From Takakia lepidozioides (taxonomy: Eukaryota; Plantae; Bryophyta), in the NCBI GenBank assembly GCA_030704615.1, contig CM060733.1, forward strand, positions 70,742,001 through 70,806,000: DNA of 64,000 nucleotides. The letters are read 5' to 3'. Every line of letters starts with the position of its first letter. Within the stretch, counting starts at the first letter, position 1. The notes below the pieces were generated by a model. It searched no databases. It was not told the origin of the DNA and saw only the letters and a list, made by a program, of their open reading frames with translations. Both the position numbers and the translations under genes were made by a program. Positions 38,496-50,389 of this stretch are shown here, in pieces.

Positions 38496-41400
38496 CTACT
38501 CTCCTACACCTTCCGAGGAACTTGGCCCTCCTTCCTCCTCATCCCCCTCATCCCCCCCATCCTCCGAGCTCTGTGATGCATCGGTTGCACTATGCCTCTC
38601 AAAAATTCCGTCCTCTCCTTGGGGGACTGTCCACCTCACCTCCTGGGAATCTTCTGCCTCTTCTCCCCCACTTTCCTCAGCAGAATCCAAGACAAATCTA
38701 CGAGCCCGACGGGCTCTAATATCTGCAGCCTCCTCCTTCATCTTCATTTTCTTGAGGCTTGCCTCGTCTAAAATCTGTTGTACACGACTAGGTTCGGAAG
38801 ACCTCCTAATGGACACCGAAGCAAGCCGGGCAGCATAAGTAGGAAGGATGTAGTCCCTTTCTGGACTAGGCATGAAATCCCCCCTGGCAAAAAAAGGCAC
38901 GTTCCTCCTATCCATGAACTCCAGTGTAGACGTCCCTCCTGCAGTACTTGGCATCCTACAGTAAGAACAAATCCACTTCAAGAATGTCAATACCAGCAGA
39001 AGCAGAAAGGGTTTTCAATGAAATAAGAGAGCGAAGGGGAGGTGCCTCACGAAATCTGGAGGCAACTTACAATGCGACCACTCACTCGTAAACCGGGGGC
39101 TCCTCGGCCTCGATCCCAACTTGTTCCTCCCCCTGCTCCTTCTCGGATTTTTCCTCATCCTCCGAGGGTGCCTCTTCCTCTTTGGGCAGACTTTCAGCCG
39201 CTGCAAGTTCCGAGTTGTGGAGGGCAGTACCTAGCTCGAAGGCGAACACATGCCTGTCGGACAACGTCCCTGCCCACATTGAAGCACCTGAGGAACAAAG
39301 CGGGCGGTTAATAGCTTGCGGCATGCAATTGCAATCGGGCCAGGGGACAAACTGAGCACGTGAAGGCTTACCCGTGCCGCATGTGAGGTCAAGAATCCGC
39401 CCTTGGACATCCGAGCACGTCTCCATGAGGGTTTGGATGAAAGCAAGGCTCCAGGTCCGGCTGTACCACCACGGTTTGCATGTCTTTGTGTCCTTCGGCA
39501 TACTGGAGTGGGGCACATAGTTGTAGAGGACATCGTAGGTAACAGGGTCCACAGCGGCATCAACAAGACGATCGTCGTTGCGGAATTTGAATGTAGACCC
39601 TCTCTTCACAAAGCAATATGCCTCAAACACCAATGTCTGCACATCCAACAAAAGAGGGATCAACTCCGGGATCTATTTTAGATGCACCACAATATGAGGT
39701 GAATGCAATAGATTGATAACTTGCACTTTGGCCCTCTGTTCGCAACCCCTGTGTATTGATGCACAACCATTTTCTGAGGAGGACCGGGGTGACACTTTTC
39801 GGTGTCCATCTTGCCACCGCATTCTCTGTGGTCTTCCCTCTTGTGGCAAGGACAACCACACATCCACCGTCATCCAGGAGCATCCCCGCCAGCCCAAACC
39901 CGGCTTTCCAGTAGTCCTCAGTAAACTTGTTCCAGTTGGGCACACCATCCAGGCCCTCCAGCAGCTCCCCATCTGGAATGTCGAGGAGAATCATATCGCA
40001 AGCTCTCTCCACCTCAACCCCCCCCCCCCCGAGTGCTCTTTAATCCGTGCTCACAGCTGTGAAGAATTCCATCATGGCTTCAAAACCAGGGGTGTCTTTA
40101 GGCTCTGTACCGGCAGCCCTCTTCTTGGCTTTCCCCTTCTGCTTCGCCAGAGACTTGCTGTGTGCCACCTTCTTCGCCCTGGCAGCGAGAGCGTCAAGGA
40201 AGCTCTCATTGACGCATTGGATGATGGTTGGAGGTTCTAGCTTTGGCTTGTGCGTAAATGTCACCACCGAATACCGCCGTGTAGGCTCGCCCTCAAATGC
40301 CAACTTCTTGGCAGAGCCAGTCCCACTCCGAACTGACTTGAGAACCCGGACGACCGGTGACTTGGTAGCAGCAGCAGCAGTCGCAGGACCTTGAACAAAG
40401 TCGTCGTCCGAGTCACTCCCTTGGGTCCCCTCCTGCGCCTCCTCCGATGCCCCGATGGTTTTCTGTTTTTTGGGTATTACTGTACTCACCTGTTTCCTTG
40501 TCCTTTTCCTTTGGCCTTTATTCTTCTCATTCAATTTCTCCTGAATTCCTGCCTGAGCAAGCTCTGCCGCTTTCCTGGAGTTGGCAAGCGCTTTTGCCTC
40601 TTTTGGACCCAGCGGAGGCAGCGGAGCCCAGTTTCGTCGGGCCTCAGCATCCAGCTTCAATTGAAACTCGGATGGGTCGAGCGAGCCGGGCGGAAGGTCC
40701 ACATACCAAGGGCAATCACGCAAATGTTCCAGATGCCACTCCTTCACAATAACGTCAGTGTACATGGAGTCAGCCCCAGGGTTCCTCCATGCCAGGAAGA
40801 ATGGTGGCTCGAAAGACAAATGACCTTTCTCCAAAAGGGAGAACTTGCAGTACCTGCATTCATGAAAAACACAGAATGAGGTCCCTGAACTGGAAATTCG
40901 GCACCATTTTCCCAGGTTGGGGCGGAACTGACTGGGCCTAGATCTAGGAAAATGGCGCCAAATTTCGGTTTTCGGTGCTAGCCACCCTAGGGACTTAGCC
41001 ATTTTGGGAGCCCTAAACTGGAAATTCGGCGCCATTTTCCCAGGTCCGGGCCGAAAATGGCTAAGTCCCTGAACTGACTGGCCCTGGAATTGGAAAAATG
41101 GCGCCGAATTTCGGTTTTTGGTGCCAGCCACCCTAGGGACTTAGCCATTTTGGGAGCCCTGAACTGGAAATTCGGCGCCATTTTCCCAGGTCCGGCCCGA
41201 AAATGGCTAAGTCCCAGAACTGACTGGGCCTTCAAATGGAAAAATGGCGCCGAATTTCGGTTTTCGGTGCCTGCCACTCTAGGGACTTAGCCATTTTGGG
41301 TGCCCTGGACTGGAAATTTGGCGCCATTTTTCCAAGGACCAATTTTTATGCGCCACATGAGGCCTCTAACATCCTGAAATGCAAGGACTTGAAAGGAAGG

Positions 41401-43853
41401 CATCGCGTATGTACCTGTACAAAAGGCGCATTGCTGCTTTGTCCGCGTTCGGCTGGTCGGTTAACGCATGGGGTATCTCCCGAAAGAATAGGTCGGTTTT
41501 GTACAGCAGAAAGTACCTTGTCACATAGTCGCGTAGGCTCTCTGCTGCAGGAGAAATCTCCATCTTGAACTGATGTGCTTGTGTGTCCAGCTGCTCTTGC
41601 GCATTTGTCGTCACCTGTGGAGATTCTCCATCAGATCGCTTTCCTGAAAAAATACAATGAATCCACCCCCTACAAGAGTAGAAGCGCCAAACGAAGCGTG
41701 GGGAAGTACCTGAAACCACCATGTCATGCGGTTCATCCACATGTCGAATGTCGGGTCAGACAGTTTGTCCGGTTTGGGGAAGCTCCACATGTCCCTTGTA
41801 CTTTGGGAACCATTCCAGATTTGGAGCCACCGGATCTGTCCAACCACCCAGCATTTTCGTAAGCGCCAAACACCACAAAAACGAGTTGTTGCCACCACAA
41901 TTTGGTTAAGAATGTATCACCTTTTCTGTTGCATCCACACAGGATGTGGCTAGACGATGGAGCTTCTCCAATGTCATCGTGGGCTTCAGAGCACGGGAGT
42001 AGTGCTTCCACCAGAAAGTCGGCACCAAGGGCGAGATCAGCTATGGCCACGTACTTTACCATCCGCGACTTGTACTTTATGCGGGCCCTGGCCTCCGCAG
42101 CTTTGAGATACGATTCAAGTGCCGGGAGGGTTAGATTCTTCTCCTCTGACTCCATGTAGAACCTCCGCGCATGTGCCAAATCCTGCTGAATTTTCGTCTG
42201 TCAAGAATGCGCACATAAGATTAGAGATCCTGCTCAACACTTTTTCTTCTATTGGGGGAGGAGAGACACATTAGCTCAACAAAACAGTGAGGAGCTTTAC
42301 CCGAAATATGTAGTCCACCATGGCGTCCATGCTCAGCCTATACCAGGTTCTGTCTGCCTTTGCCTCCGACTTGCGCAGGAGGTCAGCACTGAGCGAATTG
42401 GCAAACTCTTGCACCCCCTGCTTCTCGACATCCTTCACTCGGAAGAGCATATGGGACAAGTTGGTGGCAATGAAGGCATTCTCAGTCACCCCGCAATGCC
42501 ACATTTCCATCAAACAATACTGAAATGGGAATTTTCAACAAATATGAGGATTCACAATGAAATGACTTACAATTGGATGGGTCCAAAAGCAAGAGGCGTT
42601 GTAACTTACGAGTTGATGTCCGCCATTGCAGCTTTGAGAAGACTGCGATCTTTGGGCCCCGCAACCTTCAGCACAACACACTCCACGGCGAAATGCCAAT
42701 TGAGGTCGTTGGGGTGGGCTTCGGCTATGTGCTCCATCCATGCCAGGAGGCGATGATTGCCGTCCCACACGTAAAACATCTTACCGGACAAGTGCTGGAA
42801 AAGAGGATCAGTAGCAATCGTTCTCTCGAACTCCTCATTTCGCCTTTGCCAATGGGGACCCCATTTGTCCACCTCATCAGAAGTGTGGGCACGGGAAGCT
42901 CTGTGGTCGTTCTCAATGGAAACGTAAAACGCGGCAGACCCCATTCGATATCCATCCCGGAAAGAGAATTTCAGCTTGTCGATATCGCCAAGGAGGGCAG
43001 GTCTCACCACCTGCAAAGACACCAAGCGGCAAAGGGGAATTCGAAGCTTGGCCGGGTACACCATGCCCCCCAGCACCCTGCCAATGTTGCTGTGGGTTGC
43101 CTCCAACATCTTGGCAGCGGCCAACTTCATATCCGCCTCCGACATGACGTCTGCTGCAGAGGGGTTCTCTGGCAGCCCACCAGGACCGCCAAATCCAGCC
43201 TGTATGCTGCGGGTTTGGGGCCTGGGGATGTCCGGGAGGATGTCATCCTGGTCAGAAAGCTCGGTGTTGTCCTCCTCAACATGGTCAACCACCGGTGAAA
43301 CCACCTCGAGCACTCTCCCCGTCTCTACTGCCATCTCCCCGGCTTCACCTCGAACTTGCACAATCCGTGCTCTTTGTGGTGTTCTTTCCTCTCCTCCACT
43401 CTCCACCGTATGGGTAATTGCGGGGGCTGCTCTTGTCCGCGATGGTGTAACCGGTGTACTGCCTCTTTGTGGTGTCTTGGAGGGATCCACCGTCTCTATG
43501 CGTCCCTCGATTACATGGGCATCTGTCATTTCGGCACCCCTGGCCTCTTCAGTGGCCTTTTCTCTTTCCTCCTGGCTAGCCTTCTGTCTCGCCTGTTCTT
43601 TTGCCCTCTCTTTTGCCCTCTCACGGGCTTTCTGTTTCTTACTAGGGCTAGCAGCAGGGGAGCCCTCCAGGACGACCACCTTTGATTGAGGAGAACTGAC
43701 ACCCTCGCGCGCACTGCTCACTCCCCCCTCCGCAGCCCGTGACGGCTCTCTCGCCGGGGATTGCATGTGTTTGGCTTTCTTCTTCTTTTTTGCGTGGGCG
43801 GGCCCTACTGCATGTGCATCAACAACCTCCATTGCCGGATCTGCTGTCCTCAC
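38496..43853 (-). pseudogene. Multi-exon gene: ParB/Srx-like domain plus beta-class N4C/N6A DNA amino-methyltransferase fold and acidic tail (~1400 aa; one nonsense codon, at least one frameshift)
   Basis: Exons ~43853-42610, ~42490-42301, 42197-41710, 41614-41415, 40853-~39725, 39636-39372, 39287-39086, 38955-38496, mostly with phase-consistent GT-AG junctions. ParB-like IPLCRLV..VRP...FYVWDGNHRLLAW. MTase motif IV-like DMILLDIPDG, LLDDGGCVVV, then motif X-I-II FIQTLMETCSDVQGRILDLTCGTG/ASMWAGTLSDRHVFAFE. In-frame TAA at 40040-40042. Start codon uncertain. Confidence 0.78.
40880..41340. repeat. ~146 bp tandem repeat (~3 units) inside intron 41414-40854
   Basis: (c/t)ctagggacttagccattttggg at ~40985, 41131 and 41277; two GGCGCC-centred sites per unit. 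Confidence 0.9.
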
Positions 43854-44984
43854 GTCCTCACGTCCTCACGCCCTTCACCTGCCATGCCGCCTGCACCAAC
43901 CTCCCCAATGCCTATTCTGTCGTACTCTCGCTGCAGGTCCTCCCGTCCACCAACAAAAGGTTTTAGTTTGCCCTCCCACCCAAGTTGGGCGATCCAAACA
44001 TGCGATGAGTTGGAGCTGTCGATGATACCACCAGCGTGCCGGGCTCGTCGTCACTCTGTCATTCCCGAAAATCGTGAGAACCAACATCGGAATGAAAACC
44101 ACCATCCGCCACGAGCAGTGCAACCACCATCGCAACAATCGTGGAACAACAATGAAAACAAATCCAACCAATGCCTAAGAATGACATGCACAAGCAGCCT
44201 TCTCCAGAGCTGCCAGCTTTGCACATGCATTGCAAACTATCTAAGGTTCACTCAACCAGTAACTTGCAGAAATCAACATGAAACACGATGAACAAATGAA
44301 CACGAATTCCATAAGACGGGAAAACAGGGTGAAATGTTTTGAAGGCACTTCATCTGCTCAGACAATCTTCTCAGCTCAGCATGGATTTCCTTAATTCCGA
44401 GATGCAACCTGTTATCTACAGCGAGGTGTGCACCCTGTTCTGGCAAGCAATCTGAATGCAGCAACGACCTGACTCCTTTCTAACCACTCTGACCTTGATC
44501 ATTCTTCTCAACAACTCGTGCTTTTGCGATGCAACCATGTGCTTCCAGGGCTGCCAGGTGGAAGATGTGAAAACAAACTAAAAAAACGAAGAAAACCGAA
44601 AGAGGAAGGGGTGGAACCTGAGAGTGCTCGGCTTCAATTGGCGCGGGCTGTGAGCAAGACAATGGAATTTCCTGCTGGAGCTTAAAGTTTGGCCATGCGA
44701 GAGGTTGGACGTCGCCCGTAGTACAAAGCCTTCAGCTTCCGCCGCGGTCTGGATGTGGGGTTTCTCTCAGGAGAGCCACGCCCTTCTCCACGCGGCATAA
44801 GTCCCAGCAAAAGAAAAAAGATCTCGTAGTATGTGTGCGTACATGCCTTGAATAGAAGTTCATCCAAGTTTAGCATCAGGTTTCCAAGGCGTATCCGGGA
44901 AGCAAGCGCAGAATCCTTGTGTCGCCAGCCCGGTTCAAAACCGACGGCGGAGGACATTTAATGCGCAACTACGTCAATCGCCCG

Positions 44985-45410
44985 ATGGATGGAAAAAATT
45001 GGCGCCGAATTTCCATCCAGCGGATGAAGTATAACGCAACGAGGCCATCCCTCCGCCTGAGCCGTTCTCATCCAGGAGACGCCGGATGGAAATCTTGCGC
45101 CGCATTTCCATCCTGCAGGTAATCCGGAGCGCGGCCGGATGGAAAAACGGCGCCGAATTTCCATCTTGCAGGCAATTCGGAGCGCGGCCGGATGGAAATC
45201 CGGCGCCGAATTTCCATCCCAGAGGTAATTCGGAGCACGGCCGGATGGAAGAACGGCGCCGAAATTCCATCCTGCAGGTAATTCAGAGCATGACCGGATG
45301 GAAAAACGGCGCCGAATTTCCATCCTGCACGTAATTCGGAGCGCGGCCGGATGGAAATTCAGCGCCGAATTTCCATCCGCCAGGTAAGTCGAAGCGCCGA
45401 ATTACCGTCC
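44985..45410. repeat. 53 bp tandem array of the palindrome GGATGGAAA.TCGGCGCCGAATTTCCATCC
   Basis: Cores at about 45096, 45149, 45202, 45255, 45308 and 45361. Confidence 0.9.
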
Positions 45411-45639
45411 TGCAGGTAATTCTGAGCTTGGCCGCTTGTTTTTTTGGTCTAAAAAGACACAACCTTAAGTTTTAGACACAGTTTTCAGGGAATTCTCGAC
45501 TGGTTGAGAGAAATTCCTTGCTTCTTTTCCATCCCTCGTAGTTCCTACATGGAAATTCGTTGCCGAAATTCCATCTGGCCGCGATTGCGATTAAATGCCG
45601 AATGGAAATTCAGCGCCGGTTTTCCATCCCCTCCGCCCG

Positions 45640-46620
45640 AGTCGACTTTATTCCGGCGCCCCCTGTTGGATATTCGGTGCCGAATTTCCGTCCGGGGGTT
45701 GTATTGTGACGGCCAGGTGCCGGCCTCTCCCCCCCCGAGCCGACTGCATCCGAACGGCCCCGGATGTAAATTCGGCGCCGTTTTTCCATCCGGGGAGGTT
45801 TTTATGACGGCCAGTTTTCGGCCTGACCCCCCGACACGACTTCCTATGGGGGGCCCGGATGGAAATTCGGCGCCGAATTTCCATCCGGGGGATGTTCTCT
45901 GTCGGACAGGTGCCGGCCTCTCCACCCGAGGCGACTTCATCCGGGCGGCCCCTGTTGGATATTCGGTGCCGAATTCCCGTCCGGGGGTTGTAATGTGACG
46001 GCCATGTGCCGGCCTCTCCCCCCGAGCCGACTGCATCCGAACGGCCCTGGATGTAAATTCGGCGCCGTTTTTCCATCCGGGGAGGTTTTTATGTCGGCCA
46101 GTTTTCGGCCTGACCGCCCGACACGACTTCCTTTGGGGGGCCCGGATGGAAATTCGACGCCGAATTTCCATCCGGGGGATGTTCTCTGTCGAACAGGTGC
46201 CGGCCTCTCCGCCCGAGGCGACTTCATCCGGGCGGCCCCTGTTGGATATTCAGTGCCGAATTCCCGTCCGGGGGTTGTAACGTGACGGCCATGTGCCGGC
46301 CTCTCCCCCGAGCCGACTGCATCCGAACGGCCCCGGATGTAAATTCGGCGCCGTTTTTCCATCCGGGGAGGTTTTTATGTCGGCCAGTTTTCGGCCTGAC
46401 CCCCCGACACGACTTCCTTTGGGGGGGCCCGGATGGAAATTTGGCGCTGAATTTCCATCCGGGGGATATTCTCTGTCGGACAGGTGCCGGCCTCTCCGCC
46501 CGAGGCGACTTCATTTGGGCGGCCCCTGTTGGATATTCGGTGCCGAATTTCCATCCGGGGGTTGTAATGTGACGGCCCGGTGCCGGCTTCTCCCCTTCAG
46601 CCGACATCATCCGGGCGGCC
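45640..46620. repeat. ~288 bp tandem array (~3.5 units) with three palindrome variants per unit
   Basis: cccctgttggatattc at ~45660, 45949, 46236 and 46523; perfect 36-bp palindrome at 45854-45889. Confidence 0.9.
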
Positions 46621-47047
46621 CCCCACTTTCTGACAGCATACCGTTGGCAGTTATTGCGCAAAGACTAGGGGCCGCATTCCGGAGACAATGTTCATTAACA
46701 CTCTGACTGTGGATTTTTGAGATAGTTGGCTCCCTGGATTTGGATGAGGCTTCGTCGCTCGGACAAATCGGCACCGCATTCCTTCCCATCGGTGCATCCC
46801 CCTTCTACCAGGGAGCTTGCCCGCACGCCATCCTGGCAGTCTTGTGTGCACATCTCCCATGGCGGAAAACCCGAGTGCTACAGTGTACTGCCCTCCTCGC
46901 GAGCATAGAGCTTCATTTCCGTGCAGAGGGGACATCTGCCGTGTGATGGAGAAATATCTGTGCGTTCGATACCACCTGAAACCGGGGTCGGGTTTTTAGG
47001 AGGAGGAAAAGAAGGACTCAAACGGCGTTGTTGTCGAGAGTATTGTT

Positions 47048-49738
47048 GTGCTCCACGATGATTTCGGCGATGGCAGGGAATGGCGAGTTCCACCATCGGA
47101 CAACGTCATATACAGGGCGGTTGGGGACTTCATTTGCCCACCAAATGCACCTTCTATCCTGGCGCCTTCCACGAAACAATCCGCGAATCAGAGAGTGGGT
47201 ACCTCAAAGAGAGAAGTCCGCAACGAAGTAAAGCCAGAGCCCAACCCATCAATGAAGACGAGCGAGAACCGGGTTGTTCACAACCTGTCCGACTCCGACG
47301 AGGTCATGGAAGTTCCGAGATCGTCCTGGAGATTAGGCAAGTCCTCAATGGACGTCAGTGGACGAGGGAGTCATATTCCCAGCACGACCACCGCAGTTTG
47401 ATCCATTCTTGAAATTCTGCGAGGGCTTCACATGGATGGACACCGCTCGGAGCTGGCCGGGCTGGACTACAACAAGTTCGCAATTAAATCGCTTACATGC
47501 CTTCCCGCAAGACGTCGACGGTAATATCTTCTTTGAGTTCCCTCCTCGGACGGACTACTCGAGGGCGTCCAGAATGTTGACAGATATGGATAGAAAACAT
47601 GACGGTCATCCTTGGTGCGTCACCAAAACCACCAGCATGAAGATGCTCGATGGTGTGCGGGTGCGCTACGTTGTTTGTGCGGGCGCGTTGCGGTGTTTCT
47701 CCCCAACTTGCTTCCATTTTAAATCCAGTGGTCACAGGAACGAGACCGATTGGACAGGCACAACTCATCAACCATTTCGAGCTCAGGAGAAGGTTCCGAA
47801 CTCCACATTTAAGTGTGCGCATTGCAAAGAACCACCACACTGCATGTCTGTTTGTAATGCCAAGCAGTTCTATGTGTTGCACCATTTCCCTGACCTCACC
47901 CGAGCTTGCATACACGTTGGTTCCCATTGTCACAAATTGGCGAGGGGGAACTCGCGGGAGGCTGCCCACGAGGCAGAGCAGCTCGTTCAAGAGGAGGTTA
48001 AGTTGAGACCGGGTGCCAAACCCAAACAGATACAGCTCCAAGCCGCCCATAAGATGGCATTGGCCAGAATTATGTCGGAAGACGGCTCCGATAGAGTTCC
48101 TCTCAATGAGAAGGAAATGGAGGCATTGCTGGAGTGGGTGTCCCACGTCTGTTCACCGAATGTCCGAAACCACATTGTCTCATGCAAACAGAAAATTGGG
48201 CGTGGCTCGGATATGCACTCCATTCTGGAGGTGAAGCGACGATGTGGATATGACTACATTCATGGAAGTAGGTTTCCAGGACAAGGGACTGAGGCAGATC
48301 GTTGTTTCGTATTCAAAATGTCCACGTGTAGACCTGACAGCGGCGTCGAACTGGTCGACAGGATGACGAGTGGGGACTTGTCAAACAGTTGGGTCATGTT
48401 CGACCATATCAAGCGAATTACAAATCACCAGTGGGTGACAATGGGTGCACATGTCTACGACACCCACTGCAGGATGCTAATGACAATTGCTATTTGTGAG
48501 ATGAAAGGAGAGGACACACAATCGGAGATGCTTCTTTGGCAGGGAATAAACGAACAGATGGCCAAGGCGGGATTGCCCCCTCCCAATTTCCGTGGTTTCA
48601 TGGCGGACAACGCACAAGCAAATTGGGCTGCCATCCGAAGGGTGTACGGGCAAGACCCCAATGTTCCCATGGAAGGCAAGGAGAGATCTTGTGGGTTCCA
48701 TTTTCTGCAGAGCCTTTCGCAGTACACAACCAGGCTCGTGGCGCCAGATTTCAGAGAGGAGCACCGTTCCATGTGTCTTGCGTGGAAGCGCGCTCCCACC
48801 TTGGATGATGCAGAGACAGGGCACGTGCCCGAGGAACATAACGAGCCATCTGTAGTAACGCAGTACAACATACCTATTGTGGAGACAAAAGTGTCGGAGT
48901 CACAGTGGAGAATTGCAAGGACATTGCCGGCATTTCGAGGGAAGTGCTGCGCCATTCGGGTGGATACGAGAGCACGCTGTGGTGAGATGATTCGGAGGAA
49001 CCCACACGGTGCTGTACCTGCACCTTGTTTCAGCGATAGATTTTTGACTCCCACATTTGCTCACGCCACAACGTAGACGTTTTGGTTCTGTAGGCACGAC
49101 ATAATGACCTCTGTACTTGGCAAGCCCAAGTACGGGATTCAGGGAATGCCGGAGCCTCTGGGCGTCTGGCCTGTTGCACCGGGTTGCAGCCTCTCTCAGA
49201 ATGAGGCGGATGCTCTATCTGCAGCAGGATTTTGAATGGTGCAATGCACAGACGTCCCGGCCCACGCATTTCCAGTTCCTCAGACCCAACCATTGCAGAC
49301 TGCTCGGTCCAGTAGAGACGGATTGGACAATTCTGCACATCCCACAATGCGATTCGGAAGAGTGAAGAGACGACACCCTCCAACAAGTTGAATGAGACTC
49401 GGATTGCCAATGCTCTTGGGATGGCTTGCACTATTCAGAGCTCCGTGGACGTACCTCCACCCGGCCTTGGGCGTGTTTATCGGATGGCAATGGCCAGCTC
49501 GGCTGTACGCGACGATGTATACACAATTACGATTGGAGTGGAGCCGACTTGCAATTGTACGGACTTCTCGTTGATGGAAGCAAAGAAGGGTTCAAAGTAT
49601 TATCCGTGCAAGCATCTGTATTACAGTTACCTGAAGAGGTTGAGGATGAACGTGACTATTGATGACTTTATTCATGCACCGGCGTTGAGCGTGAACGAGC
49701 TGCACAAACTCCTCCTTAGGGATTCCAGAAATCATTGA
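47048..49738 (+). pseudogene. MULE-family transposase with WRKY/GCM1-type N-terminal Zn domain and C-terminal SWIM finger; disrupted
   Basis: DGHPW...VCAGALRC..C...CAHC...C...IHVGSHCH; DDE residues VMFDHIKR and FMADNAQANWAAI; CxxH motif CGFHFLQSL; SWIM CNCTDF...PCKHLYY (49388-49738). Stop at 47399-47401, frameshifts, and an apparent deletion near 48815. Confidence 0.82.
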
Positions 49739-50389
49739 TGGGGCAAAGGGAATCCTCCATATGGATATTTTCAATTGCATTTTCATGTATCAGACTTTTT
49801 TTTGCAGTGTAATGAAATGCACCCCAAAACTCCTGGAATGAGGCAATATTCCATTCAAACTGAGATCCAACAGAAGCAGTTGTGGGGCCATTTCTGGAAA
49901 AATGGCGCCGAATTTCCAATTACATGGCCCAGAACTGCCCAACATCTGTGCAATCCCCGGCACCAGGTACCGAAATTCGGCGCCACATTTCCAAATTTTG
50001 GGCTTACACACCTGTCCTGAGGGGACCTATAGCCGCGGAATTCGGCACCATTTTTCGCCAAAGAGACCTATTACCGCGAAATACGTCGCGGTTCTTTCCG
50101 GTTACAGACCCTATTACTGCGAAATTCGGCGCCATTTTTGCACATGTCGTTGGGAATTGGCATGAGCGGAAGACGAAATATCATGAGCACAACTCTCAAA
50201 ACTACAATTTTCCCTTCAAGGTGCCGAATAATATATTTGTTTTTTCTGACACATTGCATTAAATTAATGTTTTATAATGTTTTTTATTTTCGAAATTTGT
50301 ACTTATGCTCATGAAAACCGATTGTCTTGCTACTCCGCTCATGCCACTCATGCCGCTCCTGCTCATGAAATAGCTAACCTCCCTAGGAA

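Larger units (their letters stand above)
38285..50381. mobile_element. Complete 12,097 bp Mutator-like (MULE) DNA transposon carrying a ParB-methyltransferase gene
   Basis: TIRs GGGGGCTGCTATTTCATGAG (38285-38304) and CTCATGAAATAGCTAACCTC (50362-50381), 16/20 match; 8-bp TSD CCTAGGAA at 38277-38284 and 50382-50389; the flanks rejoin into one PDF-PPR unit; internal MULE transposase. Confidence 0.9.

Noticed and set aside
40854-41131. N-terminal part of the 363-aa ORF 40040-41131
   Set aside because: Lies in the repeat-filled intron; the coding exon starts at the acceptor at 40853.
38496-43853. Bacterial or phage contamination as the source of the ParB-MTase
   Set aside because: It has spliceosomal introns and sits inside a TSD-flanked element inserted in plant PPR sequence.
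44958-46706. Many overlapping 90-200 aa ORFs on both strands
   Set aside because: By-products of GC-rich palindromic tandem repeats; no domain motifs.
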